Source of the DNA: Ostrea edulis
Lineage: Eukaryota
DNA: 64,000 nt
Assembly (NCBI RefSeq): GCF_947568905.1
Contig: NC_079169.1
Coordinates: 25,048,001-25,112,000 of the forward strand
Direction of reading: 5' to 3'
In this document: positions 26,900-39,072 of the stretch, piece after piece
Numbering within the stretch: the first letter of the stretch is position 1
Layout of the letters: each line of letters opens with the position of its first letter
The notes under the pieces: generated by a model
Seen by the model: only the letters and a program-made list of their open reading frames with translations
Told to the model about the DNA's origin: nothing
Database searches by the model: none
Program-made: the position numbers and the translations under genes

Positions 26900-27980
26900 A
26901 TTTGTTTCGGTGATAAACATTGTTTTCTTATATCAGAGACTTGCAATTAAACATGTAGTGGAATTCATCACCAATTTCATTTAAATCACATTTATTACAA
27001 TGTCTTGTTTCTCTGGGCTCGTTTCGTCAACGTCCACTTACAATAGGTAAGTGATGATTACAAGTTCGAAATTTACAAAAGGTTATAGCATCTTTTCTAG
27101 GTAGGATATCCAAATATTTTTCGAATTTTAATTCATCCCTGTACATTCTGTAGTGTATAGTTTTTGATAGCGTTTTAATGTCAGAATTCCACTTTTGCTT
27201 CAATTGATCGAGTAAAATAAGTTTTACTTTTGACTTTAGCCAGTTTGGATTACATGCGTTATTTTGCCAAACCAATTGTTAAGGATATTTGAGATGTTCT
27301 TGAACCAAGCAATCTCTTTCGCGTATTGGTTTGTAACATTATTACTCAGTTTTAACAGGAGAGTCGCTATTTTTGTTTCTTTACAAAGTGAATTTTGTGC
27401 CAAAATGAGATATCTACGTGTTTGTATTTGTATGTGCATGGGGTGTCGGTCAAGCTCACCGTACACCATCCAGTCGAGGGTAGATTGTTTTAATTTCAAT
27501 AATAATTTGCAAAATTTAAGATGGACTCTTTCTATAATTGCATTATTTGAAAATCCCCACACCTCACAATCGTATAATAAAATGGGTTGAACGATTTTAT
27601 CAAACAAATCTAAATGACACTGTATTGATAAGCTTTGCAAATGTCCTTTTCTAAGAATCTCATAACTGCGTTTTTGGCTTTTTCTATTTGTTTTTGTTTC
27701 GATTTTTTTAATGATCCTGATGTGCTAAATAAGATACCAAGATAGTTAATGTCGTCAACAATTTCAATGTTTTTGTCACCACATACAAAAGTATGATTCC
27801 GTTTTGGATTACCTTTTACTGATTATCAAGACTTTTGTTTTAATAAGGTTTATCTTTAAATTCCATTTTTCGCAATATTTATAAAAATGATACATTTGGA
27901 CCTGTAATTGTTCTGCAGATTCAGCTATCAAGATAGTGCCATCGGCGTATAATAATGCAAACAATCTAATTAAAGTACAA
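26900..27980 (-). mobile_element. Decayed LINE RT C-terminal part with CCHC knuckle
   Basis: LYADGTILIAES, LFDKIVQPILLYDCEVWG, IERVHLKFCK, WMVYGELDR, TCNHHLPIVSGR, GDEFHYMFNC; frameshifted. Confidence 0.85.
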
Positions 27981-28998
27981 ATTTAAATGCTGTTCAAACA
28001 TTTCAGATATTGTAGGTAAATCATCAACAATACTGTACTGAAAAAAAAGTCTTGCATGTCATTCAGATATATTGAAAATAAGAATGAAGACAAATGTTCC
28101 CCTTGTCTAACACCATTTTCACAATTAAAAATTGACGTGTTGGGAGATGTTAGGTTTAGGGAAAATCAGTTATAGAAATGTGCAAGTCTAACCTTGAATG
28201 GCTAAGTATTTTTATTTTCAGTAAATCATCCATGTCAATGCACGGTTCCTTAATAAAATATTTGATCAAGTGAAAAGTCAGGTGTGTTGTGAAATGTGAT
28301 TTTCAATATGTGTTAAAAACAGTTTCATCCGAATATGCACATGTAGTATCTTGATCTTGATTCTTTATGGTGATGCATCATGTTGACTTTCATTCACCGC
28401 AGTAGCATACTATTGTATACTCCCATTATGGTATTTGTAAAGATTTTGCGCTGTTTCGGTTTTGGTGAATATGCCTGGTGGTAGAGATCTCCAGTCTGTT
28501 ATTGTGTTTGGTAGGAAACTACATGTATATTTCAAAATATATGTCCTAGCATATATCCTATTGAGGTTTTCTTGTGCATATTTTTGGTGAAACGTATTGG
28601 TCTGTTGAGAAGATTGTTGGTATGCTGACACTGTTGTTGAGGCCTTTAAATATCAAGATTAGTTGGTATTTCTTTCTTCTATCCACAAGTGGTTGTAATT
28701 TGAATTTGTTGTATATTCGTGTCATTGACCCTGGTTCATATATGTAGTCTGATGTTATAAATCGTGCCGATCTCTTCTGTTCATCTTCTATACATGTAGT
28801 TTATCCTTCGGGTATTCTTGATGAGGGTTCCAGACAGAGCTTGCATATTCCAGGCGTGGTCTTATTTATCCTTTATATGATTGCATTTTCACCTCAGGTG
28901 GACAAGATAAGTTCCTTCTAAGTGATCCTAATATTATGTAAGCTTTATTGCAGGCGTCTGTGACGTGCTTCCCCAGTATAAGTTGTTTGTTATATGCA

Positions 28999-29290
28999 CC
29001 AGTAGCTTAGTACTTCGTTACTAGCTTGAAAATACGGATGTATATTTAATTGCTGTTATAAAATTTAGAAATTCATTTCAAAATTAAGGATTATCTCCCT
29101 CGTGCATAGCTCTTATCCTTGGACGAATTTGGCTCCACTTTTTTGGCACGCTCTTTTTGGCTATATTTAGCTCCAAAACTTCATAGTTATTTTGGATTTC
29201 AAACATTTCGGTTGAGCATCACTGAAGAGACATTATTTGTCGAAATGCGCATCTGGTGCATCAAAATTGGTACCGTATACGTTTTACACT
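28999..29290 (+). mobile_element. Retrozyme-like repeat, copy 2 (5'-truncated)
   Basis: Near-identical to 24390-24667; ends with the same AATTGGTACCGTATA.GTTTTACA motif. Confidence 0.8.
29216..29259 (+). ncRNA. Minimal type I hammerhead ribozyme (intact consensus)
   Basis: Stem I GCAUCA/UGGUGC, core CUGAAGA, stem II GACA/UGUC with UUAUU loop, GAAA, palindromic stem III AUGCGCAU; predicted cleavage after AUC at 29253. Confidence 0.85.
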
Positions 29291-29379
29291 AAGTACTAGT
29301 ACTTGGTTGATGTTAAAAATTCAAGTGCTGTGCCTTTTAGAGTGTAACCGTATTGGATGTTGGTCTTCTTTCTGCTTAG

Positions 29380-29809
29380 CAGGGGCGGATCAAGGAATTA
29401 CGGTTACGGGGGGCGCCACTGTATGAGGCAGGAGGTCTGGGGGTCGCCTTGAGGTCCCCAGAGGGTCCAGGGGGGAAGCCCTGGTGGGGACCCAAGGGGC
29501 AAAGCCCTCAGAAGCTCCTGGATTTTAAATAGGGCCTGAAATATGTCTCCTATTTAGTTATTTGTACTATATTTTATTATTTTTAATAAGGTGAAATTAA
29601 TAAAATGACGCAAATTTTTAAGGGTTTTTGGGGAAAAAAATTAAGTTCTCATAATCGAGTAATTCAAGAAATCAAAAGATTTTGTCATTTATTTCCCTGG
29701 GAGTGGAAGAAATTATTGCTTATCGTTTAGTACATTTTTCTAAACAAGATACCACGATTTACATAAAATTTTAGGGAGGGGGGCGGCCCCCCCTTTAAAT
29801 CCGCCACTG
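29380..29809. mobile_element. 430-bp MITE with 5-bp TSD
   Basis: TIR CAGGGGCGGAT / ATCCGCCACTG; TSD CTTAG at 29375-29379 and 29810-29814. Confidence 0.85.
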
Positions 29810-30401
29810 CTTAGTGTATGTCAATTTTAAAAAATATCTATACATGGTCTCCGAACAAAAAACTTGATATTTATTATCCTGCTTTATGACGAATCAATGA
29901 TTTATATGCCAATGAAACTAGAGCTTTCTCCCCGTGTCAGAGGTACAGGAAACCACTCCGACTTTAAATGAAATTTACTTACTTACCCCATTACATACGC
30001 GTGCAACATCTAATTTTGAAGATTTAGTCTTTACTGAACGTATTTTCGACCTCGGATGATGAAGACGTGTTTTCGTAACATTTTTAAAGTTTTGGACCAT
30101 TATAGTTGTTTGGGCGTACAAGCTTAAAATTGATTGTAAGGTCGGGCAATGTTTGTAAAAACCGGATAGAGGTGTTTGCAAAAACTGCACTTGCATACAT
30201 TTACCCTGTCGCACCCTGTCTTGTCGACGCTCCGTTGGACGCGGTGTCTATAATATTATCTTCAGGTAAACAAAATAAACCTACTACTTCATTTAGTAAT
30301 GTAACGTTTCTGGGTTCGAAGATTCGGTTGCTCTGTCTGAGCAATTTGAGGAATAATGAAATAAATGATAAAGCTCTCAATCAAGTATTTTAATTAAAAA
30401 A

Positions 30402-30731
30402 TGTACAAATATCCTATTCAGTCCTGGAGCGCGTGCGCTTCCTAACTAAGTCAAATAGCATTCACACCTTTCGTAATAAAAACAACAAAGTCTCGAAAGC
30501 CTTATACAGGCACGTAAGACTTGTTAACCAAGTTTGATTTCTCACCTAAGCTGTATACAGGACTAACTCTGGTCGACTTCAGTCTGGAACTGACTAAGAG
30601 CTCTGATGTCGCTGCTTTTATACCCTAATTAATCAAGTGATCCCGGGGGATCTAAAGGGTGCAACAAACAGGAAGTACTTGCTCCACATACAGAATGGGA
30701 TAAATTGATTTCGATTCCTACTTTTGTTTCA
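30402..30731 (-). repeat. Putative 3' LTR (~330 bp) of the Gypsy element
   Basis: On the minus strand it follows GGGACGCATTCCTGGAAGCGTGGGTAA, begins TGAAAC, contains GGGTATAAAAG (TATA-like) and ends TGTACA; there is no second copy in the window to confirm it. Confidence 0.55.
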
Positions 30732-31139
30732 TTACCCACGCTTCCAGGAATGCGTCCCGCATTTAAAATCATTAACAACCTGGGCTAAGAATGTAATGCG
30801 TGGTATCTGACCAAAAATACAACAACAAGCTTAAGCTACTTGGCTTTCATTTTTATATGATTAAATACTGACGTACAGAGTATGCGCTAAAGAAAAATCA
30901 CTAACAATGCTCATTATTAATTTTCAAGGAAAAATAGTCAGAAAACAATCAACCAATGATTCAGAAATGGTGCAATCACCACCGATATCAAACATAATAA
31001 TTACAAAAATACAAATGTCAGAAAAATAATTGGCATGAGATTCTTCCTAAAACCAGTTTTCCTCCTCATGCACTTCAACAACTGTTCTCCCATCTTTCTG
31101 GTATGTCTCCTGCACCCTGTCTAGTCTACGTCGTTTCTC

Positions 31140-31727
31140 TCACTCAGTTTGTGTACACATCTCTGCACAATCCGTAACTGTCAGGGTACTGGCATCAACT
31201 AGCTGACGATATGTCTGTGTACTTGCTTCCCGAGATATACATGAAAATTGTGCGGAAGGCACATTCAACTGAATTGAAACGCGTTTCCTGGGAATAGTCA
31301 TCGGATGTTGGAATGGTGCTGGAGCACATGTCGTCCGGGGGTCTTGGCATGCTATGGATTTTAAAACTGGCGCTGAGACCGGAGCTGGTCTTGTTGGCTT
31401 CCTCTGGCAGACTTCGTCAGTAGGACAGTTCTGAGATGTGCTCCCAACCACATCAGATAGGTTCCCTGGGTCCAACTGCTCCCAGTCATCTGTGCCGCTA
31501 TCAGCTGTCGTCAAAACCATCTCACCATGTCGAGTGCGGCGATGTCTTCCCAAGTCACTTTTCTTGTTTGTGGCATAGTCACAATCGACGCATTCAAATT
31601 TCTTCTGCCTCCGCTGTCTACCACATTCCACCACATGTCTCTCCCACTCAGTCTCATTCAATATCCTTAGGTTACACATCGGACATCGATGGCCTTCTTT
31701 TCTAGAAGTCGTCTTTGTATTTACCAT
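31140..31727 (-). CDS. Accessory ORF3 of the Gypsy element: two C2H2-type zinc fingers plus a low-complexity tail
   Basis: HRCPMCNLRILNETEWERHVVEC and FECVDCDYATNKKSDLGRHRRTRH; starts 118 nt after the pol stop on the same strand. A likely ancestral extension runs to 31047 (..EKRRRLDRVQETYQKDGEQ/VEVHEEENWF*) through one stop and one frameshift. Confidence 0.75.
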   Translation of the reverse strand: MVNTKTTSRKEGHRCPMCNLRILNETEWERHVVECGRQRRQKKFECVDCDYATNKKSDLGRHRRTRHGEMVLTTADSGTDDWEQLDPGNLSDVVGSTSQNCPTDEVCQRKPTRPAPVSAPVLKSIACQDPRTTCAPAPFQHPMTIPRKRVSIQLNVPSAQFSCISREASTQTYRQLVDASTLTVTDCAEMCTQTE

Positions 31728-31844
31728 GCTCTAACAAAATATAAGGAACACTTCAATTACTCTTATTTCAGTATTCATACAGCAGGTTTATATATACATA
31801 TATACACATATATTTACACATAAGCACAAGTTAATCTTAAAGCT

Positions 31845-34800
31845 CTAAGCGCTGTAATCAACTTCATAATCCTGAAGCCATTTGGGCGGGATTTTAGCGC
31901 GACGCGGTCTACTGTTCTCGCTTGTTTCAGTTTCCGCGCTTATTGTCCAAGGTTCTTCGAATTCAGCCACTGGAACATCAATGGGAGACTGCTGGTCTCC
32001 ATCTGGAGATTCATGCCTGTCACATACGTCTCTATCTGTTTCTCCTTGAAGTATTTGAGCATGGCTTTTTCTCATCCTATCACAATGTATGACAGTGTTT
32101 TCCCCTAGAGAACCGCATGCAACTGTATACAGTACATCAGATAGTTTTTTCTCGACTTTGTAGGGTCCCCTCCAAAACGAAGTCAGTTTAGGGGAGCAGC
32201 CACTCTTCCTGACTGGACAGTATACATATACCATTTCTCCTGGTTTAAAGGACGACCATGACAATTTGACATCATGGTATTTCTTTTGTCGCAGCATCTC
32301 CCCGGGCATGTTATCTCTTACAATTGCATGTGCTTGCTCCAGGCGCTCGCGCAATATCCAGATCCACTGGTGTGCTGGAGTGTCTTTCATCTCTGAAGAC
32401 ATTTCGTACATTAAATCTAGAGGCGTTGTTGCCTCTCTTCCAAGCATTAACATGTTGGGAGAAAACCCGGTGCTTTCATGTACTGTGGAGCGATATGCCA
32501 TGAGTATGTAGGGAAGGTGCAAGTCCCAATCTCTCTGATTCTCTTGAATATAGGCGCTCAGCATTGATATTAAAGTGCGGTTGAAGCGCTCAACCATACC
32601 ATCCGATTTTGGATGGTAGGGTGTAGTCGTTGTTTTAGTGATTCCCAGTAGCCGACACATTTTCAAAAATACTTTGCTCTCATACTGTCGCCCTTGATCT
32701 GAATAGATAACGGAAGGAACGCCAAATCTTACTATTATCTGTTCCATAATCGTTCGAGCTATAGATTCCGCCTCCATATTTGGAAGAGCAAAAGCCTCCG
32801 TTTATTTCGTGAAATAATCTGACACGACGAGAATATGACGATTCCCTCTGTCGGTTTCTGGTAGTTCACATAAAATATATGTGGCTATCCTTTCCATAGG
32901 TACACCTGATGCTGTGATCTGCATTGGAGCCCGTCGCTTTGGGATAGGATTCTTTCTTCTTGTACAGATATCACATCCTGCTATGTACTGGTGGACATCC
33001 CTTTGTAATCCCGGCCAGTAATATCTCTGTCTAATTCTGGCTAGTGTCTTTGTTACACCAAGATGTCCTGATGTCTTGTTATCATGGCTCATCTTTAATA
33101 CATTTCGCCTCTCTGAACTTGGAATGATAATCTGAAATGTCTCTCGATTTGAGGGGAGCAAAATCCATCGTCGTACTAAGAAGCCATCTCGAATGCTCAA
33201 TCTCTCAAATTGATTCCATAGTGACTTAATCACGTAACCATACTGTGAGACATTGGAAAATATTGGTCGTTTGCCTTCCTCAACCCAATGACGCACTAAA
33301 TGAATATCTCTGTCATCCTCCTGTGCTTCTAATAAATTTATATTGTCTCTATCAGACTCCTCTTGATTTACTTTTGAGGGCTACTGCACAATTCTCACTG
33401 ACTGATTAGGTTGTTCTTCCCAGTTGGGATGAAATCCACATTGTGTGCACGGAATTCTGCTGAGAGCATCCGCATTCCCATGCTTCCTACCTGGTCGGTG
33501 CTCTATCTTCATGTCGTAGGTGCTGATGACCTCAAGCCACCTAGCTAACTGGGCCTCTGGATTCTTGAATTTGAGAAGCTATTTCAGTGATCCGTGGTCT
33601 GTTCTAAGAAGAAACTGTCTCCCGTACAGATAATGACGGAATTGTTTTATAAAATGCACGACAGCCAACAATTCATTTCTCGTCACACAATATCGTTTCT
33701 CTGCTTTGGTTAATATGCGACTGGCATAAGCTATCACGCGCTCTTTTCCACCTACTTTTTGTGAAAGCACGGCACCTATAGAGTGGTTGCTCGCGTCTGT
33801 GTCAAGTATAAATGGCAAAGATACGTCTGGTATGTGCCAATATCGGTGCAGAAACCAATCTTTTACGAAGAGTCTCAAAAGCATCTTGTGTCTCTCTTGT
33901 CCATTGGAATTTACGTCCCTTTTCCGTCAAGCGGTGCAATAGCTTTGCTTCCATAGCAAAATCTTTAATAAATCGCCTATAATAACTGCACAACCCGAGG
34001 AAGGAGCGGACACCAGAGACACTTGACGGGACTGGCCATTCAGCAACTGTTTTAATCTTTTCTGGATCTGTCGCAATGCCTTCATTTGAAATAATATGTC
34101 CCAAGTATGATACTTCAGTGGCAAACAAGTTACACTTCCTTGCTTTTAATTTCAGACCCGCTTTTTGCAGTCTATCAAAAACTTTTTCGAGGTTGCTAAG
34201 CATATCTTCAAATGATTTCCCAATAACTATTTTATCGTCAAGATATACCAGGCACAAATCCCACCTGCAAGGACTGTCTCCATTAGACGTACAAAGGTCG
34301 CAGGCGCACAGGTTAGATCAAATGACATCACATTGAATTGAAATAGGCCTTTGCGTGTTACAAACGCTGTTTTACTCTTGTCCTCGTCGTCCATGGCCAC
34401 TTGCCAATATCCGCTGTTGAGGTCTAGCGTGGAGAATAAAGCATGTCCAGACAGGTGATCAAATGCTTCATCTATATTTGGGAGGGGATACGCGTCCTTA
34501 ATTGTTACTGCATTCAGTTGCCTATAATCAATGCAGAAGCGCATCGACCCATCTTTCTTGCGCACTAGAACCACAGGTGAAGCCCAAGGGCTGTTTGATG
34601 GTTCTATTACATCTTTTCCCATCATTTCGTTGACTTGTTTATCAACTTCCTGTAAAAGATGCAATGGGATTATCCGTGCTCTGTGCTTAATTGGTTTCTC
34701 AGTAGGACTAGTATTGATTTTGTGCTTTACAACTGTAGTTCGACCAAGATCAAAATTCGAGGTAGCAAACAAAGTTTGATATTTATGCAGAAATTTTTCT

Positions 34801-35592
34801 GCTTGCGCAGCTTGTGCACACGACAGATTTTTCATACATCGATCTAGTAATTTTTGCACATCAGATCGGAGTCCTACACCATGTTCTCGTACTGTTTCTG
34901 GTGTGTTCTCTTCATCAGCAGCTGTCATTTTAGCTATCATCGTTCCCTTGTATATCTGTTGGATTTCATCTGTAATATTCATAAGTCGCACACGCAGTTT
35001 CGCCACCTTTTACCAATGTTCTCCCAACCAATGCACAGCCCTTCTCCAGAAATTTTGCTTTTGGCTCAACTATGTAATCTGAGCTTCCGAATGTATTTTG
35101 CACTGCAATTCTAGCCTCGGTAACTAATTCACTTCTAGGGGGGATAGAAATGTCATTAGCTGCAACGACACGGTAACAGCCCATGACTCCTTCACATGAA
35201 ATGTGATATTCCTTGTTGTTTAGTCTCAAAGTGTTAGAGTTGAGATCTATAACGCCATTCCCTTTCTTCAAAAAGTCTAAGCCAAGGATACCTTCGACTG
35301 TGATGTCTGTTACCATAGCTGGAATAATTGTTTCAAACTTTCCTATTCGGATCTGATACTCTCATTTTCCATAATGCGATAGTGCGTTTCCACTTGCATT
35401 GAAAACTTTCTGCGCACTCTCTTCTAATTCAGGTCGATTTTCCTGCTCTATCATATTGTGCAGTCTCTTTGAAAGTAATGTTAATGAAGCCCCTGTATCG
35501 ATTAACAGTTTTGTGCGTGTACCATTAACAACAGCCTCAATAAATATACCAGCCTCATTACTCATGGTGCTTCCATCCACGTGTCCTTGCAT
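31845..35592 (-). pseudogene. pol: Gypsy pol (protease, RT, RNase H, integrase), disrupted
   Basis: LIDTGASLTL (PR); SPWASPVVLVRKKDGSMRFCIDYRQLN, VYLDD (RT); FILDTDAS (RH); HDNKTSGHLG..CDIC, SDQGRQYE, GMVERFNRT, WRGPY (IN). Split across several ORFs. Confidence 0.95.
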
Positions 35593-35604
35593 GCGTTGAT
35601 TTCT

Positions 35605-36873
35605 TCAGCGCTTACTACGAATTCGCCGCGCACTCCCACTATTTGTTTTCTCCGTTGGGCTATTACTGGTTTTATTTGTGTCTTGATTCCTTAGTTTCGG
35701 ACAATACCGACGAATATGCACCTTTTCCTTGCAATAATAACAAATCACCCCATCGCTAGTTTTCTTATCTTTCAACTGTGATGTGTTTTTTCTTTGCCTC
35801 CAACTCTGATCTTGGACCTGTTTTTCCAATTCATCTAGCTGAGTTTGCATCGTTGGCATCAGGTCTATTAGTTCTAATGGCTGTGCGGTTTTTACATGAT
35901 CGCGTTCTGTACTCTCAACCATCCGCAAATCGCCTCGCCTCTCCGTTTTATAGTAGGCATCCAACTCTACTGCAAGCCGTATCGCATCATCAAGAGTTAC
36001 GGGTCTACTCTGTTTAATGCGTAAGCGCATATCCGAATTAACTAAGGCATCAATGAACGCATCTTTCCCCAATGTTTCCCGAACTTCCGACGGCGCTGTA
36101 GGGTAAGCTAGACAAGTTAGTCTACGGATAGCCTGTCCCAGTTCAGACAATGTCTCAGATGCCCTTTGTTTTCGTTCTTTTAACTGCGCACGGTATAACT
36201 CAGTCTGACTGGGTGGCGCAAAGCGTTCTTGTAGCGCCTTGACCAGCAAATCATACTGGTGTCCTGTTTCTTTTGAAACATTCCCAAGTACGCCCTATGC
36301 CGTTCCTCTTAGTGAAACAGCCAAGTAAAGACCTTTCTCTTTCTCTGATCAGTTGTTTATGGTAGCGCATGCGTCAAAATGGGATTTATAGTCCAGCCAA
36401 GATTGACTGCCATCAAATGTTGCAGGTTTGATATTGCACTTTGAACTTTTATTGGTTTGATCTATTTCATCCATGTGCCGTTTAACATTCAGCGAGTTTC
36501 TGACACCTGCATCCAAACTCTGTGCCTGCGCGATTCCCTGTCTTGTATTTGGCGCACTCAGTAGTGGAGCATTGTAATCAATCGGCGCACTCGCAATCAA
36601 CGGCGCATTTGCAATTATCGGCGCACTCTCAATCGACGGTGCACTAGCAATCGACGGTGCACTTGCAAATGTCGGCGCACTTGCAAATGTTGGCGCATTC
36701 GCAATCGACGGCGCACAAGCAATCAACGGCGCACTTGCAAATATCGGCGCACTCGCAATCGGTGGCATGCGCGCAGTCTGCTGTGCTTCTACCATTAATC
36801 TATGCTCATTATCGTCAACAGAATAATTATCACAATTTGAGTTTGTTTTATAATGCTTGTTATGGCGTTCCAT
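35605..36873 (-). pseudogene. gag: Gypsy gag with CCHC knuckle and 18-bp repeat, two in-frame stops
   Basis: KPATFDG..W.DY..HF..CA..N, LYLAVSLRG, ERFAPPSQTELYRAQL, CYYCKEKVHIRRYCP. Confidence 0.9.
36580..36775 (-). repeat. 18-bp coding tandem repeat (~11 x AP-x-[IF]-A-[SN]) in the gag N-terminus
   Basis: PPIASAPIFASAPLIACAPSIANAPTFASAPTFASAPSIASAPSIESAPIIANAPLIASAPIDYNAPLLSAP. Confidence 0.9.
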
Positions 36874-37195
36874 AGTTTGTTCTCATCATATAGTCGTTAC
36901 GGATAGTTGGTCACGGCTGTCAGACCGGTTTGTAAATGCTTACGTGTTAGTTCTGACCAGGCCGTGGAAGTGGGAAGGTGTTTCCGCCCAATGTGAGAAA
37001 ATGATAGACCTGTGTGGTGGAGAGTTTTACCTGTGTGGTTTACTGGGCCTGCGTTGTATGTACATTTAGTACGGGTGTTCGAATGATGTTCCTGTGTGGA
37101 AAGTGAGAACACAATTTTGAGCATTTCGACAGCGGTGAGTGTGAACTGTTTATTTTTGTTTACGTTAGGAAATTTTGTTACTCTATTTAAATTTA

Positions 37196-37604
37196 TGTAA
37201 CCAGTTTATTTGTATTACACAATATACCCGACATATGCAAGTTTTCAGTATATAATGTATATGTAAAAACCCCGACTGTTTTTGTGTAATTATAGGTGAC
37301 CAGCTGTGTGTGTTATTGTATGGCTCGAGCAGGTGCTCGCAACATGTATAACATGGCGTTCTGAGATATTTGAACAGCGTTGGAGAACGACCTATAGAAA
37401 TACAGGAAATACGTTCACGGCTACAGAAACGTTGAGCGAGTGATGGACAAAGTGTCACCACGTGTCTGAAGACAGCCAACGACTGTTGTGTAAAGTGTGG
37501 TAACTCTTTAGTCAACGTATTTTGTTTCGCCATCCTGTGTAACATATTTCGAATTCGAGAGACAAGTCTGCTGGTTTTCTTACATAAGGCAACATAACGT
37601 AACA
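37196..37604 (-). mobile_element. Solo LTR (409 bp) nested in the Gypsy leader
   Basis: TGTAAC..GTAACA termini; 4-bp TSD TTTA at 37192-37195 and 37605-37608; AATAAA near the minus-strand end; unrelated in sequence to the 30402-30731 LTR. Confidence 0.8.
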
Positions 37605-38396
37605 TTTAGCTTTAGTCGGGTACACGTGTAATCGTCTGTAAATTCATATTTTTGTTTTGTTTTTGTGTGTATGCGTGTTGTTGTGTGCATGCGTGTGTAT
37701 GAGTGTAGATGTTACTTGCTATATTAGTGAGCACGATAATAAACTTATTTGCACATACTCTTGATCTTTCTTCAAAGAACGGTTTGCAGCGAGGGATTAT
37801 TTCCATGCCATTATCACAAATTGTGACAATAGTTATGCAGTGTATCTGCAATTTCGGCTTCATTTCTGCAAGTTTTCTTTTGCGCTTTGGCAGGCCTCAT
37901 TGTAACATGAGTCTTGTCTGTACTTTCCTCGATGGCGCGTCCGCTTCGCTCATTCCTCTGCAATATTACTGTATCATCCGCTGTAGATGACTGTAAGTGA
38001 CCCTGGCCTCCACTTGCACCAACCATAGCACAGGTGCTGGTGGACAAGACTTCCGGTACCCCCCTTCTTGTATTTTTAAATGTTCAATTCCTTGGGTATT
38101 TCGGACGTATTTTATCAGAGTTTATATATTTCAATGGAATACACAAATCTCGCATAGAAACCGTTTTTAAAAATGTCATATCACCGATCATTATTTAAAA
38201 ACGTAAGATCGCCCCTAAATATTTTGAAAGAAACCACTAACGGTGTTCCGTATTTGACGTAAAGTTCTACAACACGAGCAAGGTAAGTGCTTGGCACAAG
38301 TTTAAACATGTTTATTTACAGTTACATTCGTCATAATTGGTCTATTTAAAAATGTTTGAATACTACAAGGTTATTGTCGTATCATTATACGTTGTC

Positions 38397-38504
38397 TGCA
38401 TCCACGGGCACTGGAAGTTAATGTAAATATATAGTGTGTGCATGTCCTTTTTTATACATGCACACACTATATATTTACATTAACTTCCAGTGCCCGTGGA
38501 TGCA
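38397..38504. repeat. Perfect 49-bp inverted repeat with 10-nt loop
   Basis: Arm 38397-38445 is the exact reverse complement of 38456-38504. Confidence 0.95.
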
Positions 38505-39072
38505 TCAAGATGAAGGCACGAAACGTATCGACAAAATTATATTTTAAATTAAGATATCGCGGTTTGATTTAAATTCAACTGTCCTTTTGTTTAATTATGT
38601 CAGAAATCCTAAAGAATGAACAATGAATTAAACACAAGTGTTTGCTCCAGTACAGCTTTCCCGCTTAAAAGTACGTATAAATTCTAGTGTAAATGAAACT
38701 AGTAGCATAAAGCGAAACCAAATTATAGATCCATCATTAGACTCCCTCAAAGACAATTCTTAGTAAATCTAAGCAATTCCCATTCGTCATATATCGCCAA
38801 AGAATATTGGTTTTGTGGGTAAATCAGCAAAATTAAAATAACAGGTTAAAATTGGAGGGAAATTTAAAATGTTCAATTTGTACGATGGAGGAAAAGGGCT
38901 AAAAACGATGAAATCAATATTTAGGTCAGGTCTATTCTTCCGACGTCGTCGGATACCCATGGATGATCTCGTCATAAAAGACGAGATTATCTGGGTGTAT
39001 CTGAAAATGACCTAACTGCCTGCCTGAAACACTTTGATTTTAGATGAAATCTCAAACTAAATGTACTATACA

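Larger units (their letters stand above)
28390..29340 (-). mobile_element. Decayed LINE RT 3' fragment, host of retrozyme copy 2
   Basis: RPRLEYASSVW, EQRRSARFI, CSFLPNTITDWRSLP remnants. Confidence 0.7.
30402..38060 (-). mobile_element. Gypsy/Ty3 LTR retrotransposon, decayed; 3' LTR present, matching 5' LTR not found
   Basis: Order gag - PR - RT - RH - IN - extra ORF - LTR on the minus strand; many stops and frameshifts. The right boundary is approximate. Confidence 0.9.
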
